Below are positions 1 to 9,210 of a DNA stretch of 64,000 nt, one piece after another. The stretch is from Acidobacteriaceae bacterium. Lineage in GTDB: Bacteria; Acidobacteriota; Terriglobia; Terriglobales; Acidobacteriaceae. The stretch is taken from contig JBMFGX010000014.1 of the NCBI GenBank assembly GCA_049977105.1, positions 9,686-73,685 on the forward strand, given 5' to 3'. Position 1 is the first letter of the stretch. Every line of letters begins with the position of its first letter. The notes under the pieces are model-generated. The model was given only the letters and a program-made list of their open reading frames with translations, made no database searches and was not told the DNA's origin. The position numbers were made by a program, and so were the translations under genes.

Positions 1-535
1 GAATCATGCGCGGGAATTGGGAGTCTGCGCCGGTTGTGCGCGGCAGGCGCCTCTCTGCAATCGGGCGATGGACGCATGAACCCACATTGGCCGTCCAGCG
101 GACGCAGGGTTGGCAACCAGTAGAACGCTACATTCCCCTCATCGGATGGCCGCGCTCCCCCGCGTGGATCGCCTCTTTCCGCGCTCGCCTCCTTCAACTT
201 TTCGCCGATAGCGCCGATAAGAGAGAGTAGAGGGCGCTCCGACGCCATGAGCCGAGTTCACACGGAGAGGCATGCCAATCGCTGTTCCATCCTGGGTCAT
301 CTTCTTTCCAATATCAGCGCCGCACACGATGCCATGGCGCCTTGAACCCAGCCAGCGGGCGCCCAGGGCCGGGCCTTGACGTGGCGTCTCCGACGCCTGC
401 TTCAGGAGATGTGTTCCATCGCTCTTTCGACGCGGATTCGGTCGCAGAGACCGGTCTCCTCTGGACTCGTACCCTTGGCTCACGCAGCGCTGTCTGGTTG
501 ACAGTCCTTCTACAAACACTACGGAGAAGAAGCTC

Positions 536-2734
536 ATGCTACTGAATCAGGAAACCCATTTGGATCTGCAGGAGAAGATTGACAGTTACGCTGCCTGCGT
601 CAAGGATCTCAACGTGGGCAAGAGGCCTGATCTGCCGCCGTTGGAGGCTGCCGATCCGTTGGCGAAGCTGAATCGTGAGCTTCGTCTTCTTGCCGACGGC
701 ATCGCCCGCCGCGAAGCCGAACTGGCGAAGCTCTTCAAGTTGGTTCATAGTGCGGAACTCGGCCTGCGAGTGGAAGATGTCCTGAGCCAGATATTTGATG
801 GTTTCTACGGGATCATCCCTTATGACCGCATCGGCTGCGCCTTTCTCAGCAATGGAGGAACACAGCTTACGGCCCATTGGGCCCGCACCACGCTTGGCCC
901 CATCCAGCTTGGCAAGGGCTATACCCAGGGATTGCAGGGAAGCAGCCTTGAAGAGGTGTTTCGCAGCGGCGAGCCCCGCATCCTGAACGATCTCCCCGCC
1001 TATCTCGTCGCCCATCCCAACTCCGACTCTACGCGGCGGATGGTCCTGGAGGGGGGACGATCCAGCCTTACCTGTCCTCTGTTCATCAAGGGCCGCCCAC
1101 TCGGGATACTGTTCTTCACTAGTCGCGAGACCAACACATACAAACATGTCCATCAGACAGCCTTCCGCCAGATCGCCGATACGGTAGCGGCGGTCATTCA
1201 CAGAAGCAGACTCTTTGACGATCTGGTGGAAGAGAATCACTTCCTCCTTCGACAGGCCGAACAGCTCAAGATCCAAAGCAACTGCGATCCCTTGACCGGG
1301 TTACTGAACCGACGCGCCATGATGGAGGCATTCGACCAGCAGTTGCATGCCGTGAAGGTCTTCGGTACACCGCTCGGTGTGATTATGGCTGATATCGATC
1401 ACTTCAAAAGCGTCAACGATAGCTATGGGCATGCCGCGGGCGACAGAGTGCTGTGCGAGTTTACCCGCCGCCTGAAAGGCGAACTGCGGCCAATGGATTT
1501 CTTTGGCCGATACGGTGGCGAAGAGTTCCTTATCCTGATCTGCAGCACCCAGCCGGGACAGTTGTTGCAACTGGCGAACCGGCTCCGCAGATTGGTGGCG
1601 GATACAACCTTTGACTTCGGAATGGTGCGCCAGACCGTGACTGCAAGCTTCGGCATCGCCATTGCAGACAGCCGGAACAGCATGAGCAGCAGTGTGGAGA
1701 GTTTACTGGAAGAGGCTGACCGGGCCCTCTACGCAGCCAAGGCCGCTGGACGAAACTGTTGTGAACTGGCTCCGGATCGCAAAATGGATGAGCAGAGCAA
1801 CCCGGCTCCTGGCACGGATACGCCACCGCTTGGCAAAAGCCCCTCCGACGCGCCGACGCCGTCACAGACCAGTGCGAAGGATGGATCCAGCGTCGGCTGT
1901 TCCTCAGCTGAGAGTTCCATCAGCCAACCGTTGCAGAGTTCCGCGCCGGAAGTGGATCAAGCCAAACCGGAAGAGAGCGCGGACGAAGAGAGCGAACTGG
2001 GCCGTAGGCAGGAAGCAGCCGAATCCTACCGAGTAACAGAATCCGATGAGATTCTGCGCATGTTGCGCTATGTGCAGCAGGGCCGACAGTTGGTGGTAAT
2101 GATGCTGCCGGATGGTCGAAAGATATTGACCACGATCTTGAATGTTGACGCAGATTTACGCAACTTTGTTTATGATTCGGGACGCGATCTTCAGGAAACC
2201 CAAGCTGTCCTCTCTGCGCCGCGACTCCATTTCAGCACCACCCGGGACGGCGTCCCGCTCAGGTTCATGGCGACGGCGCCGGTCGCGGTGGACTTCAAGG
2301 GCGCGCCTGCCTTCCTTTCACCCTTGCCTGTCACGATGCAGTATCTCCAGCGGCGCGAGTACTTCCGCACCAGGGACCTCCAGCGCTATGGTTGTTCTGC
2401 TCACCTCAAAGACTCCACAACCGTCTCTCTGACGTTGAAAGATCTCTCCCTTGGCGGCGCAGGGCTGGAATCCACAAGCATTACGCCTGAGCAACTTCCA
2501 ATCGGCTCCTTGCTACGGGATGCGGTACTGGATTTTCGTGAACTGGGAAGACTGGACGGGGTCTCCTTGATGGTCTTGTCTCATAAAAAGACTGTAGTCC
2601 ATGGTGTTTCTACTTATCTATATGGCTGCCGTTTTGAGCCACTTCCCGCGGCGAAAAACACCATCCTGCAGAGACTTGTGTTCTCCCTGGAGCAACTACA
2701 TCGCACCGGGACTCGAGAGAAGCAGCGAGTCTAA
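536..2734 (+). CDS. GAF-GGDEF diguanylate cyclase with C-terminal YcgR-like PilZ domain
   Basis: 732-aa ORF. GAF-like block (RSGEPRILNDL...LGILFFTSRE). GGDEF domain with DPLTGLLNRR, ADIDHFKSVND, active site GGEEF and an RxxD I-site (RPMD) five residues upstream. A Ser/Pro/Ala/Glu-rich linker leads to a PilZ domain with RRxxxR (QRREYFR) and DxSxxG (DLSLGG). Confidence 0.85.
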   Translation: MLLNQETHLDLQEKIDSYAACVKDLNVGKRPDLPPLEAADPLAKLNRELRLLADGIARREAELAKLFKLVHSAELGLRVEDVLSQIFDGFYGIIPYDRIGCAFLSNGGTQLTAHWARTTLGPIQLGKGYTQGLQGSSLEEVFRSGEPRILNDLPAYLVAHPNSDSTRRMVLEGGRSSLTCPLFIKGRPLGILFFTSRETNTYKHVHQTAFRQIADTVAAVIHRSRLFDDLVEENHFLLRQAEQLKIQSNCDPLTGLLNRRAMMEAFDQQLHAVKVFGTPLGVIMADIDHFKSVNDSYGHAAGDRVLCEFTRRLKGELRPMDFFGRYGGEEFLILICSTQPGQLLQLANRLRRLVADTTFDFGMVRQTVTASFGIAIADSRNSMSSSVESLLEEADRALYAAKAAGRNCCELAPDRKMDEQSNPAPGTDTPPLGKSPSDAPTPSQTSAKDGSSVGCSSAESSISQPLQSSAPEVDQAKPEESADEESELGRRQEAAESYRVTESDEILRMLRYVQQGRQLVVMMLPDGRKILTTILNVDADLRNFVYDSGRDLQETQAVLSAPRLHFSTTRDGVPLRFMATAPVAVDFKGAPAFLSPLPVTMQYLQRREYFRTRDLQRYGCSAHLKDSTTVSLTLKDLSLGGAGLESTSITPEQLPIGSLLRDAVLDFRELGRLDGVSLMVLSHKKTVVHGVSTYLYGCRFEPLPAAKNTILQRLVFSLEQLHRTGTREKQRV

Positions 2735-3020
2735 GATCTGCCCACAGGCTCTCAGGGTCTGAGCAGCGACGGAGCGAAGAGGGAAGATCTTGGTCTATCC
2801 TCATCGTCGCCCCGTCAGCACCCGGAATCTGCTTCTGGGGCGAGATGTAGGAGCGGCCTGCCTCGCAGAACCACGGGCTCTGTGGCTTGGAGTGCTGTGT
2901 GTCCGGGCAGGCTATTGAACCGTGGGTGCTCAAGATCAGGATCAAGCGGAACCGGCCGGCAGCGCGGGCGACAGCAGGTTGCAGCCGTTGGCCGGGGATG
3001 CGGACCGAGCAGAGCCAAGG

Positions 3021-3965
3021 CTAGAACTCCAGCGCCACCTTGGAGTACACCGGATCACGGAAGGTCGAGTAGAACGCCTCCTTCAGTGGCGTAGACCGCA
3101 CCGCAAATATCCCCGGCCAGTCGATCACCTCAAACACATCCGGCGTCACCAGCGCCTCCAGTTGCCGAGCCGTAAACGGAGGATTCTTGTCCCAAAGAGC
3201 ATTGATCTTCAGCAGCGCCCAGAACACCCGGTACGGTAGCCGGACAATCCGCGCCCTGGCGCCTGTGGCCTGCTTCAACAGCCGGATCAGGTCAATGTAG
3301 TCGATCCGCTCCATCCCGGTAATGTTGTAAGCTCCGGTGGTCTCTCTTTCCACGGCTGAAGTGATGATGTCGGCAAAATCTCCGGCATACAGCGGCTGGC
3401 GTAGAAACCGTCCACCCCCCGGCACCGGGAAGACGGGTACCCGCTGCATGAACCGAGCCAGCCATCCCACGTGCTTGCGGTCAAACCATCCAAACATCAA
3501 AGTCGGCCGCAGCACCACCTGGCGGATGCCGGAAGCTGCAACCAACGCCTCCTGCGCCTTCTTGGTCTCGGTGTAATCATCCACCGCCATGGAGTTCACC
3601 ACCGACGACGAGATGCTGACGGCATAAGGCACGCGGCAACGCAGCGCAACCTCCAGCAATCGCTCCGTAGCCGTGATGTTGTTGCGGACATACTCTGCGG
3701 AGAACAGGCCGCCGATCTGCGCGTGCCCGATCACCAGATGCGTGCATCCTTCCAACTCCTGTTCCCATGCTCCGGGCTCGGCAAGATCCGCTTCCACCAC
3801 TCTCAGCGCCGGATGCAGACTTCGCAGAATCGCCGTGTTCTGCGGGTGCTTATCGATCGCAACCAAATCACCCAGATTCCTGCCCTGCAAACGCGGCAGC
3901 AGGTTCTGCCCTACCAGTCCGGCGGCGCCGGTGATCACAATTTTTCTTTTTGCCATAATCTCCAT
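3021..3965 (-). CDS. NAD-dependent epimerase/dehydratase (extended SDR)
   Basis: 314-aa ORF. N-terminal Rossmann motif KIVITGAAGLVGQNL. Length and layout are typical of sugar epimerase/dehydratase SDRs. Confidence 0.8.
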   Translation of the reverse strand: MEIMAKRKIVITGAAGLVGQNLLPRLQGRNLGDLVAIDKHPQNTAILRSLHPALRVVEADLAEPGAWEQELEGCTHLVIGHAQIGGLFSAEYVRNNITATERLLEVALRCRVPYAVSISSSVVNSMAVDDYTETKKAQEALVAASGIRQVVLRPTLMFGWFDRKHVGWLARFMQRVPVFPVPGGGRFLRQPLYAGDFADIITSAVERETTGAYNITGMERIDYIDLIRLLKQATGARARIVRLPYRVFWALLKINALWDKNPPFTARQLEALVTPDVFEVIDWPGIFAVRSTPLKEAFYSTFRDPVYSKVALEF

Positions 3966-4011
3966 CTATCTCGATCGAGTCTCAGATTTGCATCTTCGTA
4001 TCCATCGAGTC

Positions 4012-5301
4012 TCAGCCTTGCTCCGCAACGGCTCTGGCCATCTCCGCTCCCAGGCGGACGCTCTCTGCAATGCCGCGGTCCTCCGGGTAGTAATAGCAGG
4101 TATCGGCGATCTGCAGACCTGCAATCGGCGTCTGCACGGGGGGAATCTTGGCTGCGAAGCCCGGCTCGCAGATCGGCTGCCCATAGCGCAAGCGGGCTAC
4201 TTTGGTGTCTCGCACGTCCTCTTGCGTCAGCTTCGGGTTGATGCGCCGCAGGCAGGCAAACGCCTCGCCCAGAAGCTGTTCGTCCTTCCATGCAAACTTG
4301 GGATGCGTCACCGGCATGTAGTAAGGAACATACACAATGGAATCGGGCCCTGCCGAGCGCAGGTTGGAGAATTCGATGACCCCGGGAATCTCGATCTCCG
4401 GCACGGACACATTCACCCAGAAGTGCGGCGTAACCGAGCGTGCCAGTTTGAAGATCACACAGATCACGCCGATGTTTTGAATCGCCGCATAGCGTTGCTT
4501 CCATGCCTCGGGCAGATCCGGCACCAGCGCATTCACCATCGGGGTGGGTACGGTGCAGATCACCGCATCGGCGGCGAAGAAGCCCTTGGTGGTTTGTACA
4601 CCGGTGACGCGTCCGTCCGCAGTGGTCACACGCTCCGCCGGGGTAGCCAGATGCACTCGGCCTCCGTGCGCCTGGATCCCTTCTACCAGAGCATTGACCA
4701 GCGTGATCGACCCTCCCTCGATGTACCCCAGCCGCTCCTCCAGAATACCGGCGCGCGAACGCCCAATACGCCGGATGCGCGTCCAGATCCACGCTGCTGA
4801 GATGTTGTCGGCATACTCATAGAACTTATGGTCAAACAGCGGCTTCCAGAACCAGTCGTACACCGTCTGCCCGCACCAACGCGTGATCCATCTCTTGGCT
4901 GACTCATGCTCGATGGCGGGCCAGCGGTTCCGGCGAACGCAGACGAAGGCAAACAGACCGTAGCGCAGCTTGTCCAGCAGCGTCAGCCGGGGATACCGCA
5001 ACAGCGCGATGGGATCTCCCCAGGGATGGAGTCTGCCGTCGAAGTAGCCCATGGAGGTCTTGCGCCACTTCAACTTGTCTTCCATGCCCAGTTCTTTCAT
5101 CAGTTCGAACGTCGGTCGATCGGAGAGGCAGACAAAGTGATAAAAGCGTTCCAGGGACAACCCGCCAAAATCAAAATGTCCCGCCATCCCTCCCGGATCC
5201 GGCGCCGCCTCAATCACATCCACCTGATGTCCATCTTTTGCGGCGCGGTAACCTGCTGCTAACCCCATCGCTCCCGCGCCAATCACCACCACACGAGCCA
5301 T
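4012..5301 (-). CDS. FAD-dependent oxidoreductase (amine-oxidase / phytoene-desaturase-like fold)
   Basis: Dinucleotide-binding motif VVVIGAGAMGLAAGYRAAKDGHQVDVIEAAPDPGGMAG at the N-terminus. I moved the start to the internal ATG at 5301 (MARVVVIGAG). The ORF-track start at 5373 adds 24 non-conserved residues. Confidence 0.75.
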   Translation of the reverse strand: MARVVVIGAGAMGLAAGYRAAKDGHQVDVIEAAPDPGGMAGHFDFGGLSLERFYHFVCLSDRPTFELMKELGMEDKLKWRKTSMGYFDGRLHPWGDPIALLRYPRLTLLDKLRYGLFAFVCVRRNRWPAIEHESAKRWITRWCGQTVYDWFWKPLFDHKFYEYADNISAAWIWTRIRRIGRSRAGILEERLGYIEGGSITLVNALVEGIQAHGGRVHLATPAERVTTADGRVTGVQTTKGFFAADAVICTVPTPMVNALVPDLPEAWKQRYAAIQNIGVICVIFKLARSVTPHFWVNVSVPEIEIPGVIEFSNLRSAGPDSIVYVPYYMPVTHPKFAWKDEQLLGEAFACLRRINPKLTQEDVRDTKVARLRYGQPICEPGFAAKIPPVQTPIAGLQIADTCYYYPEDRGIAESVRLGAEMARAVAEQG

Positions 5302-5517
5302 ACAGTATCCTCGGGCACAAGATTCACACCGCCTGGCTCCGGTTGCAGGACCCAGCCACGGATCCTGTTCCAAACCAATCCGCTTCCTTAGATTTGGCTA
5401 AAGTGTACATGGCGGGCACAAGATTTTCTTTGCTCCACCAAATGTTTTTTGCTCAGCTCGCATGTCGCCATGCCGTGGCGGGCAGGCGCAAGCGCGACGA
5501 TTCAAAGCTGCTGAACT

Positions 5518-7236
5518 TCAGAGCGGGGCATGGGGCCTGTAGTACACCACATAGAGGGTTCCCGGCTTGCTCTCTAACCACAGCGAATAATGCACGGGAG
5601 CAAACGGAGCCGGCCCATAGCAAGCGCCAGGATCAAACGATACACCGTAGAGAGGCTGGATGTGGGGGGTGTAGTCGTAAGCATTTACCGTACAAGTTCC
5701 CGCCGGCAGGGGCGGCGCGGGCCGGTATGCGTTCGCCGGCGTCACGATTCGATCCGTATTGATATAACTCGAATGCCGCAGCTCCACCGCCAGGTTGTAC
5801 TCCCATCCACTGTCCACTGCCGTGTCCGCAATCCCGGCAGCGGCGAGCTCCTCCGCCAGTCTCACCCGGGCACGATCGAACGCAAACGTATTGTGGGTGT
5901 TCACAACGCCGTATCCGGCCATCAGGGCGACCAGAACCCAACCCACCCTGGGGAGCTGGGCTCGAACGTTCTCCTGGTAGTACCTCACCATGCAGAGCAG
6001 GGCGACCACCAACAGCGCCAGAAGGTAACGTTCCGTCAGGTGGTAGGCTCCGGCACGCGGCAACAGCAACAGAGCGTATGCCACGGAGAATGGCCCGAGC
6101 AGTACTCCCAGTTGCTTCCAGCTCACCTGCGCCGGATCCTCTTCCGGGGTTTGACGGGGCTGCGAGGTCAAACTGGCAATCAGGCCGTAGAGGCCGCCAA
6201 AGGAGACGATGGTCAGCAACACCTGCACGCCACGGCTGAGCAGGCGCGGGGCATTCCCCTTCAGCAGGACAAACTCATATGTTCCATGAATGCCGATCCA
6301 ATCTCCTCCCATCGGCTCCAGCGGAAAGTCGCCCCGAAGGTGGCTGGGATAGGTTCCCAGGAAGAGATATCCAAGCAAAGCCAGCGAGCTCAACACCAGC
6401 ACCCACCGTCGGCTTCTCACGGCTTCCGGCAGGAAAAGGGCCACGATGGGCAGTAGAAGGAAAGGAGCATCCAGGAAGGTGCATGCAACCTGGGACGCCA
6501 TGTGCCCGAAAGAGAATCCCCCTGCCAGCACTTGCTCTGGCACAGTGTAGGGTTGGCGCTTCAGCCACTCCATCCCGGCAAGGATAAACAAGGCTCCAGC
6601 AGACGCCGCAGAGCAGCCTACTGCCACCACGCGGCGACGTTCCCGCAGCAGCCATACCGTGCATGGAACCATCACCAGTATGCCGAGCCAGGCAATCTGG
6701 CGAGCCGTTCCAAAGACGGCATTTGTCGCAACCGCGAAGATTAACCAGCCGCTGGCCGTACGCGGCGTCTTGGCCTGCAGCGCCCGCAGACAGCCGTAGA
6801 GACAGATGACCACGGCAAAGAGTCCTTGGATGTCTGTCATGAACGTAACAGACAACACCAGGTAGAGCGGTGAAAGCACAAAGGCCCAAGTTGCCATGGT
6901 CGCATTGCTCTCACTCATGTGAGCCCGCACCAGGGTCCGCTGCAGTAGCGCAGCCAGCACCATGGCAACCAGCAACGTACTCATACGCACGGCAGTTGCA
7001 GAGGCGCCGAATACCTTCACCATCGCTGCGCCAAGAAAGAGCTGCCAGCCAATCATCGGCGCCGCCCATCCGTTATAAGCAAAGTGGCCTGTGGCCGCCA
7101 GGTTTCGCGCCATCAAGACGTAAGGCCAGTCGTCGCAAACGCTCATGTTGGCGTAGGGGCGGCTGATGAGTTCACAGACCGGTACTGCCAGCGCACAGAG
7201 CAGAGCATTGAGACGAAATCGTTGGATCGTTTGCAA
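5518..7236 (-). CDS. polytopic membrane glycosyltransferase, GT-C fold (ArnT/PMT, GT39/83-like)
   Basis: 572-aa ORF with more than 10 hydrophobic helices. Acidic DD motif in the first loop (SVCDDWPYVLMARNL) as in ArnT/PMT-type polyprenyl-phosphate-sugar transferases, plus a soluble C-terminal domain. Confidence 0.65.
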   Translation of the reverse strand: MQTIQRFRLNALLCALAVPVCELISRPYANMSVCDDWPYVLMARNLAATGHFAYNGWAAPMIGWQLFLGAAMVKVFGASATAVRMSTLLVAMVLAALLQRTLVRAHMSESNATMATWAFVLSPLYLVLSVTFMTDIQGLFAVVICLYGCLRALQAKTPRTASGWLIFAVATNAVFGTARQIAWLGILVMVPCTVWLLRERRRVVAVGCSAASAGALFILAGMEWLKRQPYTVPEQVLAGGFSFGHMASQVACTFLDAPFLLLPIVALFLPEAVRSRRWVLVLSSLALLGYLFLGTYPSHLRGDFPLEPMGGDWIGIHGTYEFVLLKGNAPRLLSRGVQVLLTIVSFGGLYGLIASLTSQPRQTPEEDPAQVSWKQLGVLLGPFSVAYALLLLPRAGAYHLTERYLLALLVVALLCMVRYYQENVRAQLPRVGWVLVALMAGYGVVNTHNTFAFDRARVRLAEELAAAGIADTAVDSGWEYNLAVELRHSSYINTDRIVTPANAYRPAPPLPAGTCTVNAYDYTPHIQPLYGVSFDPGACYGPAPFAPVHYSLWLESKPGTLYVVYYRPHAPL

Positions 7237-7342
7237 TCAGCCCCCCAAAGCTGTGAGTTGTTCCACACCGAAGGATCCTGAGCAAGAACATGAGGACCCG
7301 CAAGGTAGACAGTGTCCGATGCTACGCAAGCTGCGTTCGACG

Positions 7343-8989
7343 CTACGGCCTTAGCGTAGGAGCAGCCGGGAAATTCGGCAGACGCTCGAAACGGACATCG
7401 TACACATTTGGCGCGGTGGTATTGGGCCCCAGAAATGTCAGTGTTGCATTGCCTTGTTTTTCCTGCTTCAAAAGATAAGGTTCCAACCACAGCCCTCCGG
7501 CGGTCCCGTTCACTACCATCAGAAACTCCCTATGATCCGGCACAAAGCGGCCAATATCCATCGTCTGATATCCCAGCATCTTCCCGAACAACAGAAAGTT
7601 TCGCTGCGAGGTGTCTGACAGCGGATACTGGTTCACTTGAGCAAAGTCCGTCAGGAAGTACAGGCGCGATCGCAACGGTTCAGGTGCATAGGCGTCCAGC
7701 CGGGTGTACAGAAGGTGATCCCCGGCGAGAACAGGAAGGTCCGTTGTCTCCAGCAGCTTTACCCAGGTAGCGCTGTCATAGGACGACCGCATCCGCGCAT
7801 GCACCTGCCGAGGGTGCTCAAGAGCTCGAACTCCTTCTGGTATGGTCTTCAGATCCACCCGCAGCGTCACCGAAGAAAACAACACGCATACAGCGGTGCC
7901 CGCGGCAACGGAGCGTCCCGCCCGCTCAGCAAGGCCGCACACCAGCAGAAGCGCCAATCCAATGGCATAGGCCAACACATAATCAGCACGATATGCATGC
8001 AAGAGATAGGAGGGCGGGAGCACGCAGACTGGAAGCAATGCCAGCATGGACACCAGCACCCACTCCGGCAGGGAGAACCCCGCCCGCGCCAATGGCGCTC
8101 CCCGCTGCTCCAGGGCTCGCTTGTCACCAATCACCGGGATCACAAGGGCCACTGCCAGCAATATCACGACAAAACGCCAGTTCTGCTGGAAGTAGTCGAT
8201 ATAGACTTGCTTCATCGATGCGGAGCTGGGCTGTGACCAGAAGTGCGAACCATAGAGCCTGGATGCCAGCAGATCCCCGCGTAACACCGGAAGGAGCGCT
8301 AGCGGGCACAGCGAAAGCGCCGCCCACATCCCCCAGTCAAGCCGCCTCCTTCGCCAATCCGCCAACCCTTGTGCGGCTGCGAAGGGTATGAAGAAGAAGA
8401 TGGCAAAGCTATGCGAATAGATCGCCACAGTCAGGCCAGACCACACCCCCAAGGCGCTGCGCCATCGGGCCGGCTCTTCACTCCCGCTCTGCCAGCAGAG
8501 CATGGCAAACGCCAGGCCGGCGAGATCTAACGTATAGCTCTTGGCGAAGACCGCAAAGGTCAGGAGCGGATACATCATCAGGAGCAGAACCACGGCAAAG
8601 GCATACACCGCCGGGTACCACCTGCGCACAAACAAAAACACGCACTCCAGCATCGCCAGAAACATCAGAATCGCCGGCAGCCGGGCACTGATCTCGGCAT
8701 CGGCTCGCAGCCGGAGCACTGCGTGCAGCACCAGCGCATAGACCAACCCGATCGTGTCCAACCCGCGGGCATAAAAGTTCCAGATCGCATGCCAGTTCGG
8801 CAGCCCGGCTACCCGCAGCAGCACCAGTTCGTCATACCAAAGGTAGTCACTGGCGGAGAGCCCCACCAGCGCCACAAAGAGCAGACCGAGCAACAAGCCC
8901 ATTAGAATTCCGGCGCGTTCCTCCACGATCTCCCCGAGCCGTTCGAGCGCCGAGCCGGTCATTCGTCTTACCGCAGGTCCTGAAAACAT
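7343..8989 (-). CDS. polytopic membrane glycosyltransferase, GT-C fold (second paralogue-like copy)
   Basis: 548-aa ORF with many TM helices. First-loop acidic motif (SDYLWYDELVLLRV) and a soluble C-terminal domain. Same strand and directly upstream of the other GT-C gene. Confidence 0.6.
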   Translation of the reverse strand: MFSGPAVRRMTGSALERLGEIVEERAGILMGLLLGLLFVALVGLSASDYLWYDELVLLRVAGLPNWHAIWNFYARGLDTIGLVYALVLHAVLRLRADAEISARLPAILMFLAMLECVFLFVRRWYPAVYAFAVVLLLMMYPLLTFAVFAKSYTLDLAGLAFAMLCWQSGSEEPARWRSALGVWSGLTVAIYSHSFAIFFFIPFAAAQGLADWRRRRLDWGMWAALSLCPLALLPVLRGDLLASRLYGSHFWSQPSSASMKQVYIDYFQQNWRFVVILLAVALVIPVIGDKRALEQRGAPLARAGFSLPEWVLVSMLALLPVCVLPPSYLLHAYRADYVLAYAIGLALLLVCGLAERAGRSVAAGTAVCVLFSSVTLRVDLKTIPEGVRALEHPRQVHARMRSSYDSATWVKLLETTDLPVLAGDHLLYTRLDAYAPEPLRSRLYFLTDFAQVNQYPLSDTSQRNFLLFGKMLGYQTMDIGRFVPDHREFLMVVNGTAGGLWLEPYLLKQEKQGNATLTFLGPNTTAPNVYDVRFERLPNFPAAPTLRP

Positions 8990-9210
8990 TGATCTCCTGA
9001 TAGCGGATATGAATCTATAGCTCTAGGAATCAACAACTTACCACCGTGACGGCACACCAAGTTTTGTGAGGATCGTCCAATGATGCAGGATTCTTTCATC
9101 CTAATAAAACTTAATCATATCGATTCGCAGCCTTATAATCGCACCAACCTGCAGACGCTCGCGAGCCCGTCGCTCCGGAGCGTTCGACATGCAAGCGCCT
9201 GAGGAGTTTT

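Noticed and set aside
1-248. Open minus-strand frame running off the left edge (MASERPLLSLIGAIGEKLKEA...NVAFYWLPTLRPLDG...)
   Set aside because: It may be the 5-prime end of a real gene, but I could not recognise any family and only 82 codons are visible.
3471-4800. 256- and 375-aa + strand ORFs, and a 285-aa alternative-frame - strand ORF
   Set aside because: They overlap the SDR and FAD-oxidoreductase genes, whose Rossmann motifs identify the true frames.
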